From: a virus
Direction: 5' to 3' (one strand)
Virus record (IMG/VR): IMGVR_UViG_3300042090_001278
Location: 3,203-67,202 of that record
Length of the DNA: 64,000 nt
Part shown: piece by piece, positions 19,950-29,453 of the stretch
Layout of the letters: each line of letters opens with the position of its first letter
Numbering within the stretch: the first letter of the stretch is position 1
Made by a program: the position numbers and the translations under genes
Notes under the pieces: generated by a model
Told to the model about the DNA's origin: nothing
The model's input: the letters and a program-made list of their open reading frames with translations, nothing else
The model's database searches: none

Positions 19950-20966
19950 ATGCGAAGATTCGCTTTTTCCAAAGCGGCAATTGCTCTGCTCGCTATTTCA
20001 GTTTTTGCCATTTTCGGCAAAAGCCCGGTCCTCGCGCAGCCGGTCTTTCCGCCGCAAGACGCGTGGAACGTGCCGATCGCGTCGGCGCCGGTCGACCCGA
20101 TGTCGGCCACGTATATCGCGTATGCGGCCGCTCACGCGACAAGCTACGCCGGCGTGGTCACCGGGCCGAACCTTCACATCTGGAACGCGACGTGGTGCTT
20201 CATGGTGCCAAAGATCGGGCAGCCCACGATTGCGATTAGCCAGAAGGTTTCGTGGCACAGCTTCCCGACGCCCTGGCCGGTACCGCTGCCGCCCAGGATA
20301 CAGGCCGACGACGACGCGCACATGATTGTACTCGACCTCTGGAACCAGAAGCTGTACGAGAGTTACGACACGAGCTGGATTCCAGGAGATGGGACGAATA
20401 AGACAAATGGGACGGATACGACAATTCCGCAGACTCTGATGGGGACGATTTCGGCGTATGGCGGGTGGGTTTTCGATCTGAGGCAGGCGAACGCGTGGCT
20501 GCCGGCGGGAACCGCGAGCGCGACGGCGAGCGGTTTGCCGGCGTATCCGGGGCTGATTCGATACCGCGAAGTCAACGACGGGCGGATCAGCCATGCGCTG
20601 TTCTTCTCGGTTCCGGCCGGCGTCGTTCAGCGATACGGCTTCGTGCGGCCGGCATCGGACACGGACCAGGCCGGCGACCCGCAGTCGGTCGACACGGTGG
20701 ACGCGCTGCCGTATGGCGCACACCTGCGGCTCAAGGCGAGCTTTGACACGTCGAAGTGGCGCGGCAAGGAAGCCGTGACGGTTGCGAACGCGCTGAAGGA
20801 GTTCGGCTGCTACGTCGGTGACACGGGCGGCTATTTCGCGCTCCAGCAGTCGGTTGGGGCTTGGAACTATTACGACTTGCGGCAGCTAGGCGACCTGGCG
20901 ATCACGGACTTTGACGTGGTGTCGCCGCCGGATGGAACGTCGCTGATGCGCGTTCCGGGGCATTAG
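19950..20966 (+). CDS. Secreted protein of unknown function with in-frame family A insert
   Basis: Signal peptide; D-x-H...LYE, SA-x-ASGLP, G-I-x-HAL, P-x-G..LRLK motifs; AGGAG RBS. Confidence 0.7.
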   Translation: MRRFAFSKAAIALLAISVFAIFGKSPVLAQPVFPPQDAWNVPIASAPVDPMSATYIAYAAAHATSYAGVVTGPNLHIWNATWCFMVPKIGQPTIAISQKVSWHSFPTPWPVPLPPRIQADDDAHMIVLDLWNQKLYESYDTSWIPGDGTNKTNGTDTTIPQTLMGTISAYGGWVFDLRQANAWLPAGTASATASGLPAYPGLIRYREVNDGRISHALFFSVPAGVVQRYGFVRPASDTDQAGDPQSVDTVDALPYGAHLRLKASFDTSKWRGKEAVTVANALKEFGCYVGDTGGYFALQQSVGAWNYYDLRQLGDLAITDFDVVSPPDGTSLMRVPGH

Positions 20967-21186
20967 GACACAGGATTCAGGAATGGGACCAATAGGACGA
21001 ATTGGACGAATTGGACCATGCCGCGGAAACGGCAGCCCGAGGGTGCTGCACGCCCTGCGCCGCGGAAACTAATCAGAAGGCCCGACCGCTTAGACTCCCG
21101 ATGGGCCGAGCCTTCCTAACTTTACCGGTTCACACTGGCGTAACCCCTCCTTTTTCGATGTCGTTGACGGAAAGATACCCAATTCC

Positions 21187-21627
21187 ATGCCTGATATACT
21201 GACGCCCGATACTCAGTACGCGATCCTCGAGGAGCGACTGACCGGCTACAAGCTGCTGATGGATCAGGGCTTTTTGGCGTCGAAGGAGGCGGTCGCCGCC
21301 GCTCTCTCCGCGCAGGACAAGGCTGTTTCGGCTGCATTCATGGCACAGGAGAAGGCTTCTGGGAAGGCTGAGGTAAGCCAGACGCGCGTGAACGAGAGCC
21401 TGAACGAGTTTAGAGGGGCGATGAAGGACCAGCAGTCGACTCTGATGCCTCGCGCCGAGACGGAGCTGCTGATTAAGGAAGCGCGGACGCAGATCGATTC
21501 GCTGAAAACGCAGATGGTCGAGTCCGAGGGTCGACGGCATGGCCTCTCGGTCGGCTGGGGCTACCTGGTGGGCTCGATCGGTACGATTATGGCGGTTGTC
21601 ATGGCGATCCACGCTTTGTTCAAATAG
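21187..21627 (+). CDS. Coiled-coil protein with C-terminal transmembrane helix (holin/lysis-associated candidate)
   Basis: NEFR..L..Q motif and C-terminal hydrophobic helix. Confidence 0.55.
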   Translation: MPDILTPDTQYAILEERLTGYKLLMDQGFLASKEAVAAALSAQDKAVSAAFMAQEKASGKAEVSQTRVNESLNEFRGAMKDQQSTLMPRAETELLIKEARTQIDSLKTQMVESEGRRHGLSVGWGYLVGSIGTIMAVVMAIHALFK

Positions 21628-21641
21628 TCTGTAGTCTCCCC

Positions 21642-22295
21642 TTGCTCTCCTTTCGCGATCGGGTTCGTTTTGACGCTGGCGCACCGTGGGTGCGATCGGC
21701 GGCGTTTCGGTATGCGCGGCCGGGCGGCCTTTCGCGGGCGGATTTGGTCGGCGCCGGCAATTTGGGGCTGGCCAGGGCAGTCGCGCGGTTCGACGCGGCC
21801 CGCGGAGTGGCGTTTCGGTCGTTTGCGATCGGACAGATTCGCGGCGCGGTGCTCGAGGAGATTCGCGGGTGGTCGAGGATTCCCAGATGGGCGGAAAAGG
21901 AAGATCGGAAGAATGGGTCGGATGGGACGCCAGGAGATGGGTCCAATAAGACGAATGGGACAAATACGACAATGTCGCCGAGGGGACAGGACCGGGGCAG
22001 TTTGCTGGCGGATGTGATGTCGGTGTGCGGTCCCAAGAGTATTGACGATGACGAGGATGGGCAGTCGGGCGACCTGACGGCCGCGCTGGCGCTGTCGAGG
22101 ATCGAGAATGCCCAGCTTTGGGCGTGTGTCGACAGGCTGCTGCCTTCCGAGGCGCGGGTCGTGAGGATGCACTACCGAGACGGGATGACGTTCGCGCAGG
22201 TGGCCGAGGCGCGCGGTGTCTGCGAGGGCGCTGAGTACAAGATACACGCGCGGGCGATGAAGAAGCTGAGGCGGATGATCTCGGAGTCTGTCTGA
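21642..22295 (+). CDS. RNA polymerase sigma factor, FliA/WhiG (sigma-28)-like, with in-frame family A insert
   Basis: Region 2 DL...G..GL..AV.RFD..RG..F.SFA...IRGA; region 4 L...E..V...Y..GMT..VA...KIH.RA..KLR. Confidence 0.85.
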   Translation: MLSFRDRVRFDAGAPWVRSAAFRYARPGGLSRADLVGAGNLGLARAVARFDAARGVAFRSFAIGQIRGAVLEEIRGWSRIPRWAEKEDRKNGSDGTPGDGSNKTNGTNTTMSPRGQDRGSLLADVMSVCGPKSIDDDEDGQSGDLTAALALSRIENAQLWACVDRLLPSEARVVRMHYRDGMTFAQVAEARGVCEGAEYKIHARAMKKLRRMISESV

Positions 22296-22343
22296 ACTCG
22301 GATTACGCTGATTGATGTGATTAGGATGATTTTCCGGAGACGG
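22289..22343 (+). repeat. Family B element TGTCTGAACTCGGATTACGCTGATT..GATTAGGATGATTTT(C/T)CGGA
   Basis: Copies at 9995, 13200 (right half), 22289, 25941, 48373, 49255, 52786, all + strand at gene junctions. Confidence 0.9.
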
Positions 22344-22468
22344 ACAGAAGCGGGCGTCAGACAGGAGCGGGCGTCCGTCGCCTCGTTCCTCGGCTTTGGA
22401 AGCCCCTACACGGATTAGACCCCCCTTGCCGCTTTTCCCCTTAAGGATTGAACTTCAAGTTCACCCAC

Positions 22469-25400
22469 ATGGCGCAAACACCACAAAACTCGGATAATCC
22501 CTATAAAGGTCCGGGGCCGGTCTTTAACGAGTCGCGGGGCTTTACCGGGCTCGACTTGTGGACGAATCCGCAGGACCAGACGGGCAACTTTTTGCTCGGC
22601 GCGGACAATGTCCTGAACCGGGCGGGGATGCTGCAAGTCCGTCCGGGCATGTACGGGATGTTCGGCGGGATAGCGCCGTCGTCGTCCTCCTCGTCATCGC
22701 CAAGCGGGGCGAGCTCGTCATCGTCGGCCTACTACGATGTAGGCGCGACGTCGTACGGCATCCTGGGCGGCTCGACGTACGACCTGTGCGACTTCGTGGA
22801 CGATACGGGCGCGACGTGGATACTCCAGACGGCGCTCGGCAAGGTCTACAAGACGCCGCAGGCCGGCGGGTTCCATGTGGAGCTGGTGGACGTGGGCGGG
22901 GCGTCGTACACCTTCAACTCCGGCGCGGCCCAGGCGGTGAAGTTCCAGGACTTCGTCTACATTGTCGATGGCGCGCACCCGTGGGTGAGGATCGACCTGA
23001 CCGGCGGATTCCCGGCCTATGCGATGATCGCGCCGACGGGCTCGCCGTCGGCGGCACTGACAAACAGCCTGCTGTTCCAGGCCAACAACGCGGCGAACTG
23101 GAGCTTTGACGGACAGGCGACGGCGCTCGGCAATATCGCGCCGAATGCCGGACAGGATACGTCGGGCAATTCTCAGATCATCAACGGCAGTAACTTGCGC
23201 GGGAACGGATGGGTGATCACCGGCGAGCAGGGGCCGACGCGCGGCGGCTACCCGGACGAAGTGAACGTGATCGCAGGCGGTGTCAACATCTGTGTCGCCG
23301 GCACGCCGCCGTCCGGCGCCTCGCCCGGCCAGGGCGGCCTTATCACGGTGAATCACTTCGCGGGGGCGAATGCTAATGCGTCGCTGTATCCTAGCCGGTT
23401 CCACGTGCTGCTCTACTGTGTCAAGAACGACTTCAACAGCAACCCGAATACCTATTCCGCCAACTGCCTGATCACTCCGTACAGCAGCGCCGGCGTGCAG
23501 CTTGGCGTGGCGCAGATCATTGCAATCAACCCGGCCGGCAACACGGCGCAAGTCATTGACACGATCATCGACTTTAGCGGCCTTGGACCGCAGGTGGCCG
23601 GTCTCACGGTTCAGATTGTCAACCATAATTCGTCAAGCCAGGGCAATCTCTATGTGGGACCGATCTCGATTACGCCGATCACGGTGCAGACCATGTTCGG
23701 ATCGGCCGCTAAAAACGCCCTGGTTTATCCAAGCCTCACCGGCGGACAGATAGTCGCCAGCAGTTCATCGTCGTCAAGCAGCAGCGGCGGGTCGTCCTCG
23801 TCATCTCTTTCAGGCGCTCTGGTTATCTCTAGCCCCCCCACCGACCTGGGAAGCGTGCTTGACTACGAGGGAACGTCGCTGATCTACACGTTTCCAGTGT
23901 CGTCCTCATCGAGCAGTTCTTCGCCCGGCAGCGCTTCCTCGAGCAGCTCGGGACAACCGGAAGGCGGGGTCAACCTTTCCACGACGAATCGGTTCGTGAT
24001 CGGGGTGGGTAGCGGCCAGATCGCGGCATGGTCCGGATTCCAGGTCTCGCTCTCGCTGATCCAGAATATCGGCGGAACGAGCACGCAGTCGATCCTCGCC
24101 GACAACGGCGTGACGATCTCGGCCGATTTGACCGGTCTCGACTGCGACATCTCGACACTCGACGCGGCGCAGCTTGTCAACATTGTCGGTATCAAGCTGA
24201 CGTTCCTTGCGAACGTGACCTGGGTCTCTCCGTTCTACGCGCTGCCGCTCGGGCCGATCACGGCGCCTGGCAACCTCTCGATAGCATCGGGGCAGAATGG
24301 GATCAACGGGGCGCTGCTCGCGGGCTACTCCTGGTACGTGACCGAGAGCGCGGTGATCGATTCCGAAAACGTGATCGAGTCGAACCCGTCACTGGCGTCG
24401 AGCGTCCTGCTTCCGACGTTCGCGCAAGCGGAAGCTCTGATCGGACTGCCGGCGGAATGCCCGCGGAATGCCGAGACGACCGAGTACACCTTCTACCGGC
24501 TTGGCGGTGCGTGGCCGGATGTGCGGCTGATTGCGACGGTGAGCCGCACTGTGTCCGTGGCCTACGGGAGCGACCCGAACAACCCTTACTATTCGTGGAA
24601 CGCGGCCACGGGAGTGCTCCTGGACAACACGCCGGACCTGTTCCTCGCGGTGGCGACGCTGATGTCGTTCAGCAAGGACCCGATGCCGGCCAATGCGCAG
24701 GCAATCGCGGTCTGGCAGGGGCGGGTGTGCGCGGGTGTCGGGAACCAGCTCTATCTGTCGTGGCTCTACAACAGCGATAACAGCGCGCCTCTTCTGACGA
24801 CGCTGATCAGCAACCTCGACGACCCGAACTATCCGATCGACGGGGCGACATTCCCGGTCAGTCCGGACTCGTCGGATGTGATCGTGGCGATGTGCCCGTT
24901 CGGCACTCCGGTCCTGGCCGGCAACGAGTTCGGCGGGGGTCTGCTCATCTTCTGCACGCGGTCGGTGTGGATGCTCGAGGGGACGGATGTGTCAAACTTC
25001 GACCTCAAGGAGTATCCGTACTCGAAGGGGGTCGGGCTGATCGCGGCGCGCGGATGGGAGCGGATATCACCCAATCAGGTGATATTCATGGGGCCGGATA
25101 GGCTGCACGTGTTCCCGCCGCAGGGGGATTCGCCGCACCACGACCTGGGCCGTCCGATTCAGCCGCTCCTCTATCCGGCGGCGCCGCAGACCTTGCAGAA
25201 CTCCAGCGCGTTCGCGCTCTCCTGGATGCGTTTCCACGACAGCAAGCTGTTCCTGGGATGCCCGCAGCCCGGCGGTAGCTCGAACAGTGTCGTGTTCGTG
25301 TATGACTTCCTGGTGGGCGGATGGACCAGGCTTACCGGCCCGCTTTCGCCGCTGACAAGCTCGAGCAGCTCGAGCAGCAGCAGCAACTCATCGTCGTCGT

Positions 25401-25936
25401 CCGGAGGGCCTTCCTTCGACATCTCGGGCATGGCGATGACGAGTGCAATCAGCCTGCCTCCGACCGGTGGCGGCGCCGATTACGATCTTTACATGTTCGG
25501 CCTCGACGGGCAGATGTACCGGATGACAGGCACGGTCGACCAGTTCAGCCCGATCTCGATGGCGCAGCCGATCCCGTTCTCGATCACGGTGCATGCGCTG
25601 AGGCCCGGCTTCTTCTATCGCTACAAGCTGCATCCCCTCTTCTACATGTGGGCTCGGCTCGAGTTTGTGTGGATCGAGATGATGATGACGGGCCTGCTAC
25701 AGATACAGGCTCAGGCGTTCACGGCGGGAACGGACAATCCGCTGCCGATCGCGGGCGCTCAGTCGGTGCAGTACTACCAGCTTGCCGGCGGCGGGCGTCC
25801 GTTCGAGATGAACATGCCGTCGGGCCTCATCGAGGGGCAGTTTATCGAGGTGACGGTGAGCGGCAGCGTGACGGACGTGGCGTACTGCCGCGGCATCCGA
25901 GGGTTTGTCAGCGGTACGACTTACGAGCAGGCTTAG
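22469..25936 (+). CDS. Tail nozzle/DNA stabilisation protein (P22 gp10 or T7 gp12-like) with inserted domain and four poly-Ser tracts
   Basis: N-terminal F-x-GL..NV..G.L..RPG; beta-propeller-type repeats (G-x-I-A..., V.VYD..W); precedes ejection genes. Confidence 0.7.
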   Translation: MAQTPQNSDNPYKGPGPVFNESRGFTGLDLWTNPQDQTGNFLLGADNVLNRAGMLQVRPGMYGMFGGIAPSSSSSSSPSGASSSSSAYYDVGATSYGILGGSTYDLCDFVDDTGATWILQTALGKVYKTPQAGGFHVELVDVGGASYTFNSGAAQAVKFQDFVYIVDGAHPWVRIDLTGGFPAYAMIAPTGSPSAALTNSLLFQANNAANWSFDGQATALGNIAPNAGQDTSGNSQIINGSNLRGNGWVITGEQGPTRGGYPDEVNVIAGGVNICVAGTPPSGASPGQGGLITVNHFAGANANASLYPSRFHVLLYCVKNDFNSNPNTYSANCLITPYSSAGVQLGVAQIIAINPAGNTAQVIDTIIDFSGLGPQVAGLTVQIVNHNSSSQGNLYVGPISITPITVQTMFGSAAKNALVYPSLTGGQIVASSSSSSSSSGGSSSSSLSGALVISSPPTDLGSVLDYEGTSLIYTFPVSSSSSSSSPGSASSSSSGQPEGGVNLSTTNRFVIGVGSGQIAAWSGFQVSLSLIQNIGGTSTQSILADNGVTISADLTGLDCDISTLDAAQLVNIVGIKLTFLANVTWVSPFYALPLGPITAPGNLSIASGQNGINGALLAGYSWYVTESAVIDSENVIESNPSLASSVLLPTFAQAEALIGLPAECPRNAETTEYTFYRLGGAWPDVRLIATVSRTVSVAYGSDPNNPYYSWNAATGVLLDNTPDLFLAVATLMSFSKDPMPANAQAIAVWQGRVCAGVGNQLYLSWLYNSDNSAPLLTTLISNLDDPNYPIDGATFPVSPDSSDVIVAMCPFGTPVLAGNEFGGGLLIFCTRSVWMLEGTDVSNFDLKEYPYSKGVGLIAARGWERISPNQVIFMGPDRLHVFPPQGDSPHHDLGRPIQPLLYPAAPQTLQNSSAFALSWMRFHDSKLFLGCPQPGGSSNSVVFVYDFLVGGWTRLTGPLSPLTSSSSSSSSSNSSSSSGGPSFDISGMAMTSAISLPPTGGGADYDLYMFGLDGQMYRMTGTVDQFSPISMAQPIPFSITVHALRPGFFYRYKLHPLFYMWARLEFVWIEMMMTGLLQIQAQAFTAGTDNPLPIAGAQSVQYYQLAGGGRPFEMNMPSGLIEGQFIEVTVSGSVTDVAYCRGIRGFVSGTTYEQA

Positions 25937-26018
25937 GAATTTGTCTGAACTCGGATTACGCTGATTGATCGGATTAGGATGATTTTTCGGAACAGGATTT
26001 AGGACAAGGACAACTACC

Positions 26019-26462
26019 ATGAGCGATTTTGGAACAATACTCGCGCCATCGCAGGGATCGACCGGGCAGATGCAGATCGTCGCGGCGGCGCAACCGATCC
26101 CGTTTCCCTCGAATGTCGGCATAGCGCCCGATTCCAACCCGGGCCCGATCGCGAGCACGGCACTCGACGGCGCTCTGCGCAAGATTCGGGCGACGGACGA
26201 TATCTACTACGGCTACAGCTCCGCGGTGACGGTGGCGACCGGCTACTACGTGCCGGCGGGCACCGAGGAGACGATCGACGCGCGGGCGAAGGTCTGGTTT
26301 GTCGGGATAGCAAAGACGGGCGAATCGTCGTCGTCGTCGCTGTCCAACGTGCCGCAGTTCTCGTCGTCGTCGAGCGGGGCGTCGCAGTATCCGACATCGT
26401 CCTCGAGCGGTGTCCCGGTCGCGACGTACGGCACGCTGTTCTGGGTAGAGGCGTCGAACTGA
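26019..26462 (+). CDS. Hypothetical virion protein with Ser tracts
   Basis: AGGA RBS; IYYG..VT.ATGY motif. Confidence 0.55.
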   Translation: MSDFGTILAPSQGSTGQMQIVAAAQPIPFPSNVGIAPDSNPGPIASTALDGALRKIRATDDIYYGYSSAVTVATGYYVPAGTEETIDARAKVWFVGIAKTGESSSSSLSNVPQFSSSSSGASQYPTSSSSGVPVATYGTLFWVEASN

Positions 26463-26520
26463 ACGTGACGTTCAATCCGTGATGGGGATTCAAGATGTTC
26501 CCCAATCCTCTCTGCTGATA

Positions 26521-26550
26521 GCCCCTCCGCCCCAATAATGGGGAACCCGG
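26521..26550 (+). repeat. Family G 30-bp element GCCCCTCCGCCCCAATAATGGGGAACCCGG; identical at 47834-47863, interrupted copy at 27673-27735
   Basis: Direct sequence identity. Confidence 0.85.
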
Positions 26551-26637
26551 ATAAGCACCTTCCGACATCTTTTCGCAGGCGAGTCCTCGCATTCTCGGAA
26601 TGCTGTAACTGGCATCTATCTTTAAGGAAGTTCCACC

Positions 26638-27309
26638 ATGGGCGGTTTTCTAGGCGGTCTTTTCGGCGGTTCGCCGTCGCTGAACACGGGTCCGGCCAGT
26701 ACGTATATGTCGACGCTAAACGGCATCGGCAACGGGCTGGCCAGTCAGGCGAATCAGTCCGGGCAGCAGCTCGGCACGTTCAACGCCAACGACCTCAGCG
26801 CGCTGAACGCGTACTCGAACTACTTGACGTCGAACCCGGCCACGCAGCAGTACAACGCGCAGCAGACGGCCAATGCCGAGCAGGGGGCTTCCGAGGGTGC
26901 GCAGAAGGCGACGGCGGGTTTCGAGCAGTCGCTGGCCGAGCGCGGGATCTCCCCGAACAGCAGTGTTGGGGTCGGCGGACTGGCGAGTATCGACGAGGGG
27001 CTCGCGGCAAACAACGCCAACGTGCAGGCACAGGTCGGCGAGCAGAATCAGCAGCAGCACGCGGCAAACCTCGGTCAGAACGCGGCTTTGTGGAGCGGCG
27101 CGCAGGGGACGGCGTTCGGTCAGAACGCGCAAACGACCGGTCAAGAGGCGAATCTGTATAGCGGCCTTGTCAGCGACGCCGACCAGATGGCGATGCAGCA
27201 GTATCAGCAGCAGGTGGCGCAGCAGAACGGCCAGCTCGGGTTCCTGGGGCAGCTTGGATCGACGGCGGCCACCACGCTCGCCCCGTGGCTAAAGACGCAA
27301 GGAATCTAG
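26638..27309 (+). CDS. Ejection/DNA-transfer protein (P22 gp7-like)
   Basis: MGGFLGGLFGG start; Q/A/N-rich; position. Confidence 0.7.
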   Translation: MGGFLGGLFGGSPSLNTGPASTYMSTLNGIGNGLASQANQSGQQLGTFNANDLSALNAYSNYLTSNPATQQYNAQQTANAEQGASEGAQKATAGFEQSLAERGISPNSSVGVGGLASIDEGLAANNANVQAQVGEQNQQQHAANLGQNAALWSGAQGTAFGQNAQTTGQEANLYSGLVSDADQMAMQQYQQQVAQQNGQLGFLGQLGSTAATTLAPWLKTQGI

Positions 27310-27317
27310 GCGCAATT

Positions 27318-29453
27318 ATGGCACTTTCACCGTTTTACAACTCGTCGGCGGCTACCTTACCGCTGGGAATGATAGGGCCGACCGGGCCGGGGCCGGGGTC
27401 TGGCGGTCCCACGGGGGCGGCGAGCGTTCCGCCACTGCCGACCGTTCAGGCTCAGGGCGCGCCGGTGTCGCCGGTGCATGACGCGGCGAGGGCGATGCCG
27501 AATCCGAACGCGGGCGCTCTGATGCAGCAGTTCAAGGGCTTGACGGCGGGTCAGGCGAGCCAGGTGGTCAGCGATGTGATCGGCGAGCGTCAGCGGGCGC
27601 AAGTTCAGGGACCTCCATCGCTTTCGTATCCGCAAGGGCAAGGACCACCGTCACTCGTTCCTCCGCTTGGACGCCCCTCCGCCCCAACGGGTGCGTCGAG
27701 CCCGACGGCATCCGTTCACCCAATAATGGGGAACCAGAGCCAGACCCCGCCGCTGACGGTGGGTCAGCCGGCCGCCGGGCCGACCGGGTACGTTCAGCCG
27801 GCTCCGCAGGGCGTGCCGCACGCGACTGGCGTTCCGACGAGTACTCCGTCGCTCGCGCCGCCGATGAACCTGGTTACGGGTCAGAACGGGCAGCCGAGTC
27901 CGATCACGGCGGCAGTCAATCGCATGATTCCGCCGGCGACGGTTGGACAGCCGGCACAACCCATTGGTATCAACGCGCCTACACCGATCACGGTGGGCAA
28001 TAACGTGCCGGCAAGTCCCATCGACGCAGCGGCGAATCGGATGATCCCGCCAAGCAATCTCGGTGAGGGGCGCGGGACGCCGACGGGACCGACGGCGACG
28101 GCGCCGGGCGCGCAACCTAAGGGCCATGGGTCGCCGGCGTGGCTGTCGACTATCGGGAAGCTGTTGCCGCTGGCGTTGGTCGCGGCGGCGGGTCGTGGCA
28201 ACCCGGCGGCGGCGGGCGCGGCCCTCGAGGGATGGAACGCGGGCCAGGCGCGCAATGAGGCCGAAGCCCAGCAGCAGGCGGCTGTCCAGCGCGAGGGCGC
28301 GCAGCAGGGCCTTGAAAACTCGCAGCGAGAGCGACAGCTTACCGACACGGAGACGGAACATGCCGATCTACTGAAGAAAGACGCGGCCGACAACACGACG
28401 AAACTGCAAATCGCCGGGCTAAGAAAAGCCGGCGCGTCCGCATATGACCGGCTTGTGATGTCGACACCGGATGCGGCGTCTGCATCCGCCGCAATTTTAG
28501 CCGATGACAAGTCCGATCCCACGGGCGAGGCCGCGTATATCACGCAGTACGGCAAGGATCACGATGGCGCGAACCCCTACTACGCAAAGCAGGAAACTCC
28601 GCACCAGGCTGAGGCGGATGCCACGTCCGCAACGGCCGCTGAGGCGAGGAATCGCCACGTATTCTCTACCTATGCACCCCAGGATCAGCAGACCACGCTC
28701 AATAATTACAAGGGTGCGCCGGATCATTTCAAGCATGACTTCGGGTTCACGATGCCAACGGCTCCGATCAATGACCAGTCGAACGTTTTGGCTGCCGGCC
28801 GGCTCAAGGACGAGGACCTTAATACCGCGACAACCACGAAAGGCGTTATGGCTCGAATCGCCCAATATCGGGCCGCTAATGGCCTGCGTCAGCAGGAGAT
28901 CGACGTGCACCGGGCAGCCCAGGTCGATGCCGCGAACCTCAACGCGTGGAAAGAGAACGGCGGAGTCGGCAGCGTATCGAAGATGGGCAGCCCGTGGGGA
29001 AAGACATTCGACGGCGCGGTTGCCGACAGAACAGCCGAGAGTAAGACGCTCGACGGGCTTTCAAAGCAGCTCCGAGATTGGCGCGAAAAAACCGTTACCG
29101 ACACGGCGACCGGCGACAAGATTCAAGTCAACAAGGGCAAGCCGGACCCGCCCGATCTCGTGCAGGGCATCACGGCATCGGAGAACCGCCTTAACGATAT
29201 CGACGGGTCGCTATCGCGCATGGCTACGACTTCGCCTCCGCTCCCAAAGAATGGGAAGGGCGTGCAGACGCAGCGATCACAAGCGTACAAAACGCAGCAA
29301 CAGGCCCAAATCGAGGCTCAGAACAGATCAACAGCGGCGAGGTCTCTTGGTTTCCAGCCGCCGTCATCACAGCAGGAACTTGACGCGCTCCCGCCTGCTC
29401 AGAAGTCGGCCTACATTGCATACGCCCGCTCGCTGAAGCGCGGAGGCACCTAA
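27318..29453 (+). CDS. Internal virion/ejection protein, Pro-rich N-terminus
   Basis: Central hydrophobic segment and Q/A-rich helices; lies between ejection genes. Confidence 0.6.
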   Translation: MALSPFYNSSAATLPLGMIGPTGPGPGSGGPTGAASVPPLPTVQAQGAPVSPVHDAARAMPNPNAGALMQQFKGLTAGQASQVVSDVIGERQRAQVQGPPSLSYPQGQGPPSLVPPLGRPSAPTGASSPTASVHPIMGNQSQTPPLTVGQPAAGPTGYVQPAPQGVPHATGVPTSTPSLAPPMNLVTGQNGQPSPITAAVNRMIPPATVGQPAQPIGINAPTPITVGNNVPASPIDAAANRMIPPSNLGEGRGTPTGPTATAPGAQPKGHGSPAWLSTIGKLLPLALVAAAGRGNPAAAGAALEGWNAGQARNEAEAQQQAAVQREGAQQGLENSQRERQLTDTETEHADLLKKDAADNTTKLQIAGLRKAGASAYDRLVMSTPDAASASAAILADDKSDPTGEAAYITQYGKDHDGANPYYAKQETPHQAEADATSATAAEARNRHVFSTYAPQDQQTTLNNYKGAPDHFKHDFGFTMPTAPINDQSNVLAAGRLKDEDLNTATTTKGVMARIAQYRAANGLRQQEIDVHRAAQVDAANLNAWKENGGVGSVSKMGSPWGKTFDGAVADRTAESKTLDGLSKQLRDWREKTVTDTATGDKIQVNKGKPDPPDLVQGITASENRLNDIDGSLSRMATTSPPLPKNGKGVQTQRSQAYKTQQQAQIEAQNRSTAARSLGFQPPSSQQELDALPPAQKSAYIAYARSLKRGGT

